A stretch of 64,000 nt of DNA. Source: an uncultured Synergistaceae bacterium. Its GTDB lineage: Bacteria; Synergistota; Synergistia; Synergistales; Synergistaceae. The position numbers were made by a program, and so were the translations under genes. Below are positions 39,621-48,839 of the stretch, piece by piece. Position 1 is the first letter of the stretch, and the number at the start of each line of letters is the position of its first letter. Where the stretch lies: assembly GCA_964496275.1 (NCBI GenBank), contig CAZBYL010000003.1, positions 9,261-73,260 on the forward strand, given 5' to 3'. The notes under the pieces were generated by a model. That model had not been told where the DNA came from, searched no databases, and saw nothing but the letters and a program-made list of their open reading frames with translations.

Positions 39621-40307
39621 TTATATGGACGGCCAATCCGTCACTAAGATTTCTTCATTGCGTACGGTAATAACAGCGGGTTTCCCCCAAAAATCCGAGG
39701 AGGGGTCTATAATTCCGACCTTGTTTCCTATTCTGACCTGCTGAGATTCAATGGATCTGACTGTCAGGGACATATCATTATCTCCGTCACAGCCGGCATG
39801 CACAACCCCATGGAGACGTCCAAGAACAATAATATGGCCTCCTGCATATATCTCGGCGCCCATATTTACGTGTCCCATCACTATTATATCTCCATCGCCC
39901 GTAAGTTTCTGCCCCCCGCGTAAATTTCCTGTGTATAACATCCCTTTAGCGGCAACAGATTCAACTCTGTTTGCATAGGCTACAGGGGGCTGCACAGCAG
40001 GATGTTCCTGACCTACTGTCTTTAGACCGATCTTCTCCAAGCAGGAAAGCGATGAAGGATCATCCGCAATCCACGCGTCAACAGCAGCTCCGGCAGGTTC
40101 GATAAAGCCCTTCCATATTTTTTGTACCAGGGACGGGGTGAAAACACGTGACTGCATGTCCATCGTGAGCCTGCTTCCGTCAAGTATTCTTCCGCCCTGT
40201 TCTGTCATGGACGCAAAATCATCGAGGAGCTGTCTCTCACTTATGTCATCCGGAACGATGCACCTCAAAGCTCCCGCTTGATGTCCTTTCAGCTGTATCA
40301 TCAGCAC
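39621..40307 (-). CDS. minC: septum site-determining protein MinC
   Basis: 228 aa. C-terminal beta-helix repeats (GDGDIIVMGHVNMGAEIYAGGHIIVLGRLHGVVHAG). Lies upstream of minD. Confidence 0.85.
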   Translation of the reverse strand: MLMIQLKGHQAGALRCIVPDDISERQLLDDFASMTEQGGRILDGSRLTMDMQSRVFTPSLVQKIWKGFIEPAGAAVDAWIADDPSSLSCLEKIGLKTVGQEHPAVQPPVAYANRVESVAAKGMLYTGNLRGGQKLTGDGDIIVMGHVNMGAEIYAGGHIIVLGRLHGVVHAGCDGDNDMSLTVRSIESQQVRIGNKVGIIDPSSDFWGKPAVITVRNEEILVTDWPSI

Positions 40308-40312
40308 ACCCC

Positions 40313-42091
40313 TTATTCTATATTTCCGGCCGAATCAACGGTGTCCGGCTCGTAACGCTTACCGTTGATAATATAACTTAACATCTTGCCCACGATGGGT
40401 CCCGTCACGGAGGAGCCGGCTTTACCCGCTTCCGCAATAGCGACGACGGCGTACCTCGGTTTATCAGCCGGCGCGTATCCGGCAAACCAAGCGTGGTCGT
40501 CACCCTGGCTGTTTTGTGCGGTTCCGGTCTTTCCTGCAAGAGAGACACCGAACGTGTTGGCCCTGCGCCCCGTACCGCTCTTTGTAACATCGAGCAGCCC
40601 TCTGCGCAAGACCGCAATTATAGCCGGATCCACTCCCAATGGTTCATATTCTACAGGAGAAGCTGAATTTATCCTAGGCTTTAGCAGTTTTCCGCCATTT
40701 GCTACCGCAGCATACGCCCTCACCAATTGCACCGGCGTCATAAGGACAAATCCCTGTCCGATCGAGTAGTTGACAGTATCTCCGCCATACCAGCTCTCTT
40801 TGAGACGCTTTTTTTTCCACGACGCTCCTGCAATTGTACCGTTGATCTCTCCGGTGAGGTCTATTCCTGTTTTTTCGCCGACTCCGTACTTAGCCGCCGT
40901 TGCAGTCAGTTTGTCAATTCCCAACCACTGAGCGACCTGGTAGAAGTATACGTCACAGGAATCTTTCAGCGCAGATGTCACATTTTCCGTTCCGTGTCCG
41001 GATCTCTTCCAACAGCGGAAAACTCTGTTGCCCAATTCAAAATATCCGGGGCACCTTACGGTTGTACTCGTAGATACCGTTCTGTTTTCAAGAGCGGAAG
41101 TCGCTGTTATTACCTTAAATGTCGACGCCGGCGGATAACCTCCGGAAATTGCTCTGTTCATCATGGGGCGTTCTTTGTGATCAGTGAGTATAGCCCATTC
41201 TTTATTGGATATGCCCCACGTAAGAGGATTTGGGTCATAACTCGGAGATGAGTAGAGACACTTTACAGAACCGTCATTGATATCCATCGCGACTATTGCT
41301 CCGCGAAAATTTCCCATCAGCTCTGCGGCATAACGCTGCGCGGTAAGGTCAACGGTGAGGGTAACATCATGCCCGCGTTTCGATTCCGTGTATCTGATAT
41401 TCCTAAGTTTTCTGCCCCTTGAGTTTACCTCTATTACCTCTTCACCCGGCGTTCCGAAAAGTTCTTCTTCATACCACGCTTCTATTCCATTTTTACCGAT
41501 AGGATCTCCGCCTCTGTATACGTCAGACTTTTTTGATTCCAACTCTTCCTTTGTTATCTCAGCCACATATCCGACTATGTGAGCTGTAAACTGAGCGGCA
41601 GGATATGTTCTTCTCCACATCGGAGACAAAAAGAGCACCGTTCTGAAATCATTGTCCATAACAAGTTCCGCTATCTGTGTGAATGTAAGATTTGTGGCTA
41701 TTGTTATAGCTCTGTACGGCGCGGAATACTGTTTTTGTATAATTTCCTTGAGTTTTGCTTCGTCTATCGGAATACCGTTGCGAATCATAAGAGCCGAGAC
41801 TTTTTTTATATTGTCATCCTTTTGAAGGTCAATGGGATATCCATTAACGTTAAAAGTACGTACATTCACAGCCAAGGGAGCTCCGTATGCGTCAGTTATA
41901 TTGCCTCTTGGAGGAAGCACTCTAAGTATTCTGAGTCTATTCTGTGAAGCAAGGTTTACATATTCGTCCGACTTTATTATTTGGAAAAAAACGAGCCCAA
42001 GCACAAGCAATGCAAACGTAAGAAGTATCAGCCCTTGTAAGACTCTGATACGCAGCTCCGTATTAAAACGGTCATACTGAGAATCATACAT
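40313..42091 (-). CDS. mrdA: penicillin-binding protein 2 (elongasome transpeptidase)
   Basis: 592 aa with N-terminal TM, the dimerisation domain, and the SxxK (ASTFK), SxN-region and KTGT (GKTGTAQ) motifs. Confidence 0.9.
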   Translation of the reverse strand: MYDSQYDRFNTELRIRVLQGLILLTFALLVLGLVFFQIIKSDEYVNLASQNRLRILRVLPPRGNITDAYGAPLAVNVRTFNVNGYPIDLQKDDNIKKVSALMIRNGIPIDEAKLKEIIQKQYSAPYRAITIATNLTFTQIAELVMDNDFRTVLFLSPMWRRTYPAAQFTAHIVGYVAEITKEELESKKSDVYRGGDPIGKNGIEAWYEEELFGTPGEEVIEVNSRGRKLRNIRYTESKRGHDVTLTVDLTAQRYAAELMGNFRGAIVAMDINDGSVKCLYSSPSYDPNPLTWGISNKEWAILTDHKERPMMNRAISGGYPPASTFKVITATSALENRTVSTSTTVRCPGYFELGNRVFRCWKRSGHGTENVTSALKDSCDVYFYQVAQWLGIDKLTATAAKYGVGEKTGIDLTGEINGTIAGASWKKKRLKESWYGGDTVNYSIGQGFVLMTPVQLVRAYAAVANGGKLLKPRINSASPVEYEPLGVDPAIIAVLRRGLLDVTKSGTGRRANTFGVSLAGKTGTAQNSQGDDHAWFAGYAPADKPRYAVVAIAEAGKAGSSVTGPIVGKMLSYIINGKRYEPDTVDSAGNIE

Positions 42092-42551
42092 GTCTGTCGT
42101 AGACCTTCCAGAAGAAGAGAGAGATCAGAGCTATGACAGGCACTGTCAGCAGCATTTGAACCAATATCTGCCGAAAGGCGACCTGGCTCGGTATCGTCCA
42201 GAATAGGATGTAGCACACTCCCATAAAGAGCTGAGACATAGTTAAGAAAAAAACAAACAGCGGCAAAGAACGTCCTTGTGCCGGAGCTTTATGCCACAAA
42301 TAACAGGCCAGCCCAACTGCGGCGGCACTTGTTGCGGCTGTCAGTCCGGGCAGGTTTGTCCACCTGAGATCCCATAAAAAGCCTCCTAAAAAGGCAGCCC
42401 ATATATAGAAGATTTGCCGTTTTTTGTCGGAATTTGAAAGTAATGCCGACATAATCACCGTCATGAGGTAAAAATCAGGTACGGTGAATATTCCCATTGC
42501 CAAAACCTGCATAAAATCTTTAAGAAACCATATAGTTATCAGTGTAAACAT
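42084..42551 (-). CDS. mreD: rod shape-determining protein MreD
   Basis: 155 aa polytopic membrane protein between mreC and mrdA. Confidence 0.75.
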   Translation of the reverse strand: MFTLITIWFLKDFMQVLAMGIFTVPDFYLMTVIMSALLSNSDKKRQIFYIWAAFLGGFLWDLRWTNLPGLTAATSAAAVGLACYLWHKAPAQGRSLPLFVFFLTMSQLFMGVCYILFWTIPSQVAFRQILVQMLLTVPVIALISLFFWKVYDRHV

Positions 42552-43336
42552 TATTTTACAGACCTCTGAGATACGAAAACATCAACATTATATAGCTGCG
42601 TAAGGTGCGCGCCGGCTCTTATTTTCATCTCTATGAACCCATCACGAACTTCACCGGAATTTAGTATTGTACCGATGGGAACTCCGGGGGGGATTCTGTC
42701 GTTCATAAGCGACGTGGATATGGTCATTCCGGTTTTCAGTTTTCTCTCTTCCGGTATGTACAAAAGTTTCAGATTACCGTTATCATCACCGTTAACCACG
42801 CCCAAGTCTCTCGTAGCATCAACCGCAGCAGCAATCAAAAACGACGACGATGTTATCAGTTCTATCCAAGAATAATCTTTACCGGCAAAGACAACGCGCC
42901 CGATAAGATGCCCTTCAGACATAACGGCAGCACCTTCGGCAACACCGTGCGTTGTTCCTCTGTCTATTCGAATTTCCTGCCACCATCGTTCCGGATACCG
43001 CAGTGTGACCCTGCCTCTTACATACCCCTGAGCGACAGGCACAACCACGGCATTAGCCCGCTGCAAAGCCTCCGACATTTGAAAATTTTTTATTTCCAAG
43101 GATGAGACTCTTTCCTGGAGGCTTTTTCTCTCGAGCACCCAGTTACTGCTGAAAGTAACAATATTTCTGATTTCAAAAGCGGGCTTTTCGGGATAATAGA
43201 GCACAGCGTTCATTCCGTTGACAAGAGCGCGCTGTGCACCCGGAAGCGCCATCAGTATAAGTAAAACAACTATGCCCAGCAACACGGCAACAGCACTGTG
43301 AAGCCAGGGGCGTACTTCTCTTGCAAGCCCTTTCAT
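42551..43336 (-). CDS. mreC: rod shape-determining protein MreC
   Basis: 261 aa with N-terminal TM, coiled coil, and beta-barrel domains (...GHLIGRVV...GVVNGD...). Confidence 0.85.
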   Translation of the reverse strand: MKGLAREVRPWLHSAVAVLLGIVVLLILMALPGAQRALVNGMNAVLYYPEKPAFEIRNIVTFSSNWVLERKSLQERVSSLEIKNFQMSEALQRANAVVVPVAQGYVRGRVTLRYPERWWQEIRIDRGTTHGVAEGAAVMSEGHLIGRVVFAGKDYSWIELITSSSFLIAAAVDATRDLGVVNGDDNGNLKLLYIPEERKLKTGMTISTSLMNDRIPPGVPIGTILNSGEVRDGFIEMKIRAGAHLTQLYNVDVFVSQRSVK

Positions 43337-43619
43337 TCTAAGATCCCTTCCCTATCCGCAAACATGACAAGTCACTTGAAGCCGAAGCCGCCGATTGCAC
43401 AGACCGCAGGAGACAGTAACCTGCTGCTGTGCAAACAGACAATCGCAGGCAACAGCAGTCCGCACACAACAAAACAAAACCGCGAGAAAGCACCCGACTG
43501 AGGCTGACACGGCGGCACGCCGCATTCAATTAACAACTCTCAATCTCTGAAATAACACCATCTCCGGCATGAGAGAGCGGACATTGCAGTCCTTCCGTTT
43601 GTCTCTGATTAGGCTTTCT

Positions 43620-44673
43620 CTAGCTTCCCTGTCTTTCCACCATAATTGATATACTGTTTTTATCGTCAGGTTTTTCAAGAATTTTGCCAAGTCCCATCGC
43701 AACGGAATACAGCGGCTGTTCTGCGACATGTACAGGCACGTTCAGCGCATCCGCAAACCGCATATCAAGACCGCGGAGCTGTGATGTTCCCCCAGTCAGC
43801 ACTATTCCCTGATCGACAATGTCTCTTACAAGCTCGGGCGGCGTGTGCTCGATTGTGGATCTTATAGTATCTTCCATCTGGAGGATTATGGGTTCGATAG
43901 CCTCTCTCACCTCAGGCGATCCTATACGTACAACTTTAGGCAGGCCGTCAACGAGATCGCGCCCTTTTTAATTCCTGTTCGAGAGGGAGAGCCGAGCCTA
44001 CGCTAATTTTAATTTCTTCCGCAGTGCTTTCTCCGATTGCCAATGTGTAATTTTGACGAAGCATGGATACGATTGCTTCATCAAGAGTGTCCCCCGCAAC
44101 ACGTACCGCGTGATTCAGCACTATTCCGCCGAGCGACAGCACGGCAACCTCGCAAGTGCCGCCGCCCATGTTGACAACCATGCTGCCCTGGGGTTCGTAT
44201 ATAGGCATTCCTATGCCCACAGCAGCAGCGAAAGGTTCTTCGACGACAAAGGCCTCCTTGGCTCCTGCGGCAAGTGTTACTTCGACAACTGCTCTTTTCT
44301 CAACCTCCGTTACACTGGCAGGCACGCAAACCGCAACCCGCGGAAAGGAGAACATTCCGTTGCTCCCTATGGCGCTTCTCATATAGTGGCGAATCATGTG
44401 TTCTGTCATTTCAAAATCGGCTATGACACCATGAGAGAGAGGACGTATCGTTGATATACCAACAGGCGTACGTCCAATCATCTTCTTTGCGTCAGATCCG
44501 AAAGCTATTATTTCTTTGTTGCCCTTCCTTCCGAGATTGCGTACAGCTATTACAGAAGGCTCATTTATTACTATCCCTTTTGATTTTACGTATATAACTG
44601 TATTTACCGTACCTATATCTATCCCTATTTCATGGTTAAATATGTTTGGTCTGAAGTTGAACACAAAAGCCAC
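43620..44673 (-). pseudogene. mreB: rod shape-determining protein MreB, frame interrupted by a 1-nt insertion in an A5 run (possible sequencing artefact)
   Basis: ORF 43948-44673 encodes the MreB N-terminal 241 aa (IGIDIGTVNT...VVNMGGGTCEVAV...). ORF 43620-43910 encodes the MreB C-terminus (...IVLTGGTSQLRGLD...VHVAEQPLYSVAMG). Removing one base of the run at 43965-43969 fuses them in frame. Confidence 0.85.
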
Positions 44674-44748
44674 CTGCTTTCAAAAATTTCCTTGCATAAG
44701 AAGAAATATACCTAATGAGCGATTATCTCATTTTTTTACAAAAAAACA

Positions 44749-45405
44749 TCATGGTACTTGCGTAAGCAAACCGTTTGCAGCCACAAAATGTCCAATCAGT
44801 TTTACTCCCAACAGTTCAAGTCCCGATCTTATATTATCTGTGAGACAGATATCCTCCCTGCTGGCGTACGGTGTGCCATCGGGATGGTTGTGTATCAGGA
44901 CTAAGCTTGAGGCATTTAATCGTACAGCTTTCCTGTAAAAGACAGGTATATCCATAAACGCTCCTGACTGACCGCCGTACGATATGATCTCTTCTTCTAT
45001 AACACGATCTTTAGCATCGATGAATAGCGCGAATATCTGCTCTCTGTCCATAAATTTAGTATCAATAGCAATGGCTTCGGCACATTGCTGCCACGAGCTT
45101 CTCTCCGCATTCTTCAATACGGCAATCCTTTTGCCTAATTCTATGACAGCAGCAAGAGTTGCAACTTTTGACTCCTTCAGCCCTTTTTCCTGCATCAATT
45201 CCGATGTGGATGCTCTGCACAGTCCCTCAAGTCCGCCGAAACGGTCAAGAAGAGAGGCAGAGAACGTAAGAACATCCTCACCTTTAACTCCGGTTCTCAT
45301 TAGAACGGCAATAAGCTCTACTGTTGAAAGAGAAGACGCACCTTTTGTCAGCAATTTTTCGCGCGGCATTTCTTCCGCAGAGAGATGTGCCAGGCGCATA
45401 ACCAT
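44749..45405 (-). CDS. radC: RadC-family JAB-domain protein
   Basis: 218 aa with HhH-like N-terminus (REKLLTKGASSLSTVELIAVLMRTG) and the JAMM motif HNHPDG. Confidence 0.85.
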   Translation of the reverse strand: MVMRLAHLSAEEMPREKLLTKGASSLSTVELIAVLMRTGVKGEDVLTFSASLLDRFGGLEGLCRASTSELMQEKGLKESKVATLAAVIELGKRIAVLKNAERSSWQQCAEAIAIDTKFMDREQIFALFIDAKDRVIEEEIISYGGQSGAFMDIPVFYRKAVRLNASSLVLIHNHPDGTPYASREDICLTDNIRSGLELLGVKLIGHFVAANGLLTQVP

Positions 45406-45406
45406 T

Positions 45407-46045
45407 TTACCTCGGCCAGTAGGGGTTATACTGCCTTTCCGCCCCTATTGTAGTCTCGGGGCCGTGCCCCGGGAATACCCTCATTTTGTCCGGCAAGTCC
45501 TGCAGTTTTTTCAGAGATTCGATAAGCACCGCCTCATCCCCGCCCGGAAGATCGCTTCTCCCTATTGACCTTGCAAATAGGGTGTCTCCCGAAATAAGCA
45601 TATGCTCTTCACCCTCTGATATCAAAAGGCATATTCCGCCCTCTGTGTGTCCCGGAGTGTGAATAACTTTTATGTTCATCTCGCCAACAGTCAGTACTTC
45701 ACCGTCTTTAAGCTCTCTATCCGCCGCGCTCATAGCCAAAGGCTCACCCATCATTGAAGAGAGATTTTTTGAGGGGTCCGTAAGCGCCGCGGCATCTGCA
45801 TAATGTACAGCAACACCGTTTTCAGAAAGGTTCCTCAACTCCGGTATGCCACCAATGTGGTCACCGTGCCCATGAGTCAGTATTATCCAGTGTATGTGTA
45901 TGTCGTTATTGCGTATAAAATTTTCGACGTCTTCAGCAGGTCCGCCCGGATCTACCACGATACCGTTGCCCTTTGAATCCCACACTAAGTAGCAGTTCGT
46001 CCAAAGCGAACCTAGCGCAAATCTTTTAATCTTCAATAATTTCAC
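45407..46045 (-). CDS. MBL-fold metallo-hydrolase (glyoxalase II-like)
   Basis: 212 aa with THGHGDHIGG, HTPGHT and an Asp/His pattern. Confidence 0.8.
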   Translation of the reverse strand: MKLLKIKRFALGSLWTNCYLVWDSKGNGIVVDPGGPAEDVENFIRNNDIHIHWIILTHGHGDHIGGIPELRNLSENGVAVHYADAAALTDPSKNLSSMMGEPLAMSAADRELKDGEVLTVGEMNIKVIHTPGHTEGGICLLISEGEEHMLISGDTLFARSIGRSDLPGGDEAVLIESLKKLQDLPDKMRVFPGHGPETTIGAERQYNPYWPR

Positions 46046-46485
46046 TCCTTGGTGTCAATCATAAGAGTAACAGGCCCATCATTGCATATATCAACCTGCA
46101 TATGCGCCTGAAAAACTCCTGTAGCCGTTTTAATCCCGTAAAGGGATATTGCCGCAACAAATTTTTCGTACATTTCATTGGCAAAAACAGGTTCCGCAGC
46201 CTTAACCCATGACGGTCTGCGCCCTTTTTTGCAATCACCGCAAAGCGTGAACTGTGAGACAATAAGTATATCGCCGTTAACATCTTTTACGGATAAATTC
46301 ATTTTGCCGTCTTCATCATCAAAAATACGCAAGTTGATTATTTTCTCGGCAAGCCATTGTATATCTTTCTCCGTGTCACCGGGAACAACCCCAAGAAAAA
46401 CGCACAATCCTCCACCTATTTCGCCGGTGATACTGCCGGACACAGCAACTCCTGCCCGTGAAACCCGCTGTAAAAGCGCTTTCAA
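46042..46485 (-). CDS. dtd: D-aminoacyl-tRNA deacylase
   Basis: 147 aa with MKALLQRV..., SQFTL, NDGPVT. Confidence 0.92.
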   Translation of the reverse strand: MKALLQRVSRAGVAVSGSITGEIGGGLCVFLGVVPGDTEKDIQWLAEKIINLRIFDDEDGKMNLSVKDVNGDILIVSQFTLCGDCKKGRRPSWVKAAEPVFANEMYEKFVAAISLYGIKTATGVFQAHMQVDICNDGPVTLMIDTKE

Positions 46486-46490
46486 AGAAC

Positions 46491-48818
46491 CTACCCCCTG
46501 ATAATTTCTATGATACCGGATATTGTATTTAGTCTTGCTATTATCCTATATAGGTGTTCTAAATCTCGCACTTGAACATCTGCGATAACTCTGGTTCTTG
46601 AATTATTCACCACGTTAGCCCTTATAGCAGCTATGTTACCCTCCATAGCAGTTATTCCCTGAACAATATCACCAAAGAGAGTAGATTTATCAACACCCTC
46701 TACTTTTATTCTGGCAGTATAGCGCGAATTTTTAAGACGCCCCCATGAGACAGCCACTTTTTTGTCGGGGTCTGTTTTATCAATATTTGGGCAGTCCTGC
46801 CTGTGAACAGTGATTCCTCTGCTCTGTGTTACTGCACCGACAATGGGGTCACCAGGTATGGGACGGCAACACTGTGCAAGCGAGACAAGAACGCCTTGAG
46901 CACCTTCAACAATAATTTCGGAATCAGCCTCTTTACGCTGAGGCGGTGCTTGCTGAGGGATAGGCTCAGGCTGGGCTTTTGTATCTGTCGAAGTTATTCT
47001 TCCGAAAACACTCGGTGCGGTGTGGTTGCCTGTTCCGACAGAAACGATCATTTCCTCTAAATTTAGGTATCCCATTTCCCTTGCGACAAAGTTCAGTTGC
47101 GGCGCAAGTGTTTCCAAAGGATTTACCATACCAGGGTTGCGTCTTAAAGCCTCTTTTTCAAGAAGCTCTTTGCCGCGTTTTATTTTTTCTTCACGTTCCT
47201 GCCTATCTTGCTGACGGAACCAAGCTTTTATTTTATTCCTTGTCCTTGTTGATTTCGCAATTTTCAGCCAGTCTCTGGAGGGTTTAGCCTGCGGCGATGT
47301 CAAAATTCTAACGATGTCGCCATTTTGCAATTCTTGATCCATCGGGGCAATTCTCCCGTTGACCATAGCACCGACACACTTGTGTCCTATTTCAGTATGG
47401 ATAGCGTAAGCAAAATCTATCGGAGTAGAGCCGTTAGGTACAGATATGACAGTCCCCTTGGGAGTGAATACAAAGACTTCACTTGAAAGGACATCTGTTT
47501 TTAGATTGTCAAGGAAATTTGCGCCTACGCTGGCTTCGTCTTCCTGACCCTCCGGCGCGGCCTCAAGAGCTTTTCTTATCCAAGTAAGCCCCTTGTCCAG
47601 ATTATTTATTTTTGATTTTGCTCCCTCTTTGTAATTCCAGTGGGCAGCTATACCATACTCAGCCAACGAGTGCATTTCCTGAGTCCTGATTTGCACCTCA
47701 AGAGGCTCTCCTGTCGGACCGACCACCGTTGTGTGAAGAGACTGGTACATATTGCTTTTCGGGTTTGCTATGTAGTCATCAAACTGCCCCGGAATCGGCT
47801 TCCAGATTGTATGAACGATTCCGAGCACCTGGTAGCACTCAGCCACGCTTTTGACAATTACGCGCAATGCGAGTAAGTCATAGAGCTGATCCAAGGACAA
47901 GTTTTTCCGGCGCATTTTCTCATATATGCTGTAAAAATGCTTAGGACGTCCTTTAATTGAGATGTCCAGCCCTTCCTCGCGTACTTTTTCGGAAAGGACA
48001 TCCATTGCTTCTTTTATAATCATTTCACGCTCGGGGAGTTTTTTCCTCACTCTGCGTTTTATGTCATAGTACATTTCAGGATCTAATATACGAAAAGATA
48101 GGTCCTCAAGTTCTCGCTTAACCTGGTAGATTCCAAGCCTATGCGCCAGCGGTGCATATATTTCAAGTGTTTCATGCGCGATTGAAAGCTGTTTTTCTCT
48201 GCGGTGAGAAGAAATTGTTCTCATATTGTGGAGGCGATCCGCCAGTTTTATTAGGACAACGCGTATATCTTTCGCCATGACAACAAACATTTTGCGAAGA
48301 TTTTCTGCTTGGTAATCTTCGACAGTCTTAAACGGCAGCTTCCCAAGTTTTGTAACACCGTCTACAAGAGTAACAACGCCCGCGCCAAATTTTTCCTGCA
48401 AAGTTTCGGCTTTTACCGGAGTATCTTCAAGCACATCATGAAGCAGAGCGGCAATAATCGCCTCTCTGTCAATTTCCATACCTGCAAGTATTGAAGCGAC
48501 ACTCACTGTATGTATGATATAAGGGTCTCCGCTGTAGCGGCGTTGGTCACCGTGAGCAACAGACGCAAATACAAAAGCCTCTCCCACTGACTTCATGTCA
48601 TCTCTTGAAAGATACTTGTGTGCCTTCGCCCACAAATCCTGCCACGCCAAGCGTAAGGAGGCTACCCTCTGATTTTCAGGGATACGCCCCCAGTAACCCT
48701 CAAGCAAGGCTTGGTAGTCATTTACAGAAGTTGAACCTTTATCCTTTTTTGATATTTCTGAAAGGTGAGCTGTTCTCACATTCAGCGGAGCGGCAGACTT
48801 ATCGTTGACCATTGTCAA
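46491..48818 (-). CDS. relA: bifunctional (p)ppGpp synthetase/hydrolase (long RSH)
   Basis: 775 aa with HD hydrolase (HDVLEDT), synthetase (YQSLHTTV), TGS, zinc-finger/CC region and ACT/RRM C-terminus. Confidence 0.92.
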   Translation of the reverse strand: MTMVNDKSAAPLNVRTAHLSEISKKDKGSTSVNDYQALLEGYWGRIPENQRVASLRLAWQDLWAKAHKYLSRDDMKSVGEAFVFASVAHGDQRRYSGDPYIIHTVSVASILAGMEIDREAIIAALLHDVLEDTPVKAETLQEKFGAGVVTLVDGVTKLGKLPFKTVEDYQAENLRKMFVVMAKDIRVVLIKLADRLHNMRTISSHRREKQLSIAHETLEIYAPLAHRLGIYQVKRELEDLSFRILDPEMYYDIKRRVRKKLPEREMIIKEAMDVLSEKVREEGLDISIKGRPKHFYSIYEKMRRKNLSLDQLYDLLALRVIVKSVAECYQVLGIVHTIWKPIPGQFDDYIANPKSNMYQSLHTTVVGPTGEPLEVQIRTQEMHSLAEYGIAAHWNYKEGAKSKINNLDKGLTWIRKALEAAPEGQEDEASVGANFLDNLKTDVLSSEVFVFTPKGTVISVPNGSTPIDFAYAIHTEIGHKCVGAMVNGRIAPMDQELQNGDIVRILTSPQAKPSRDWLKIAKSTRTRNKIKAWFRQQDRQEREEKIKRGKELLEKEALRRNPGMVNPLETLAPQLNFVAREMGYLNLEEMIVSVGTGNHTAPSVFGRITSTDTKAQPEPIPQQAPPQRKEADSEIIVEGAQGVLVSLAQCCRPIPGDPIVGAVTQSRGITVHRQDCPNIDKTDPDKKVAVSWGRLKNSRYTARIKVEGVDKSTLFGDIVQGITAMEGNIAAIRANVVNNSRTRVIADVQVRDLEHLYRIIARLNTISGIIEIIRG

Positions 48819-48839
48819 ATCACCACCATCAATTGACTC

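Noticed and set aside
43338-43529. A 63-codon minus-strand ORF filling the mreB-mreC spacer and ending 1 nt before the mreC ATG (TAGAATG)
   Set aside because: The stop-start juxtaposition looked like translational coupling. However, the ORF starts at a TTG with no convincing RBS. Its product (8 Cys, many Arg/Leu/Ser, for example CADCCCLRLSVC) looks like translated GC-rich non-coding DNA. I retained the region only as an untranslated-spacer observation.
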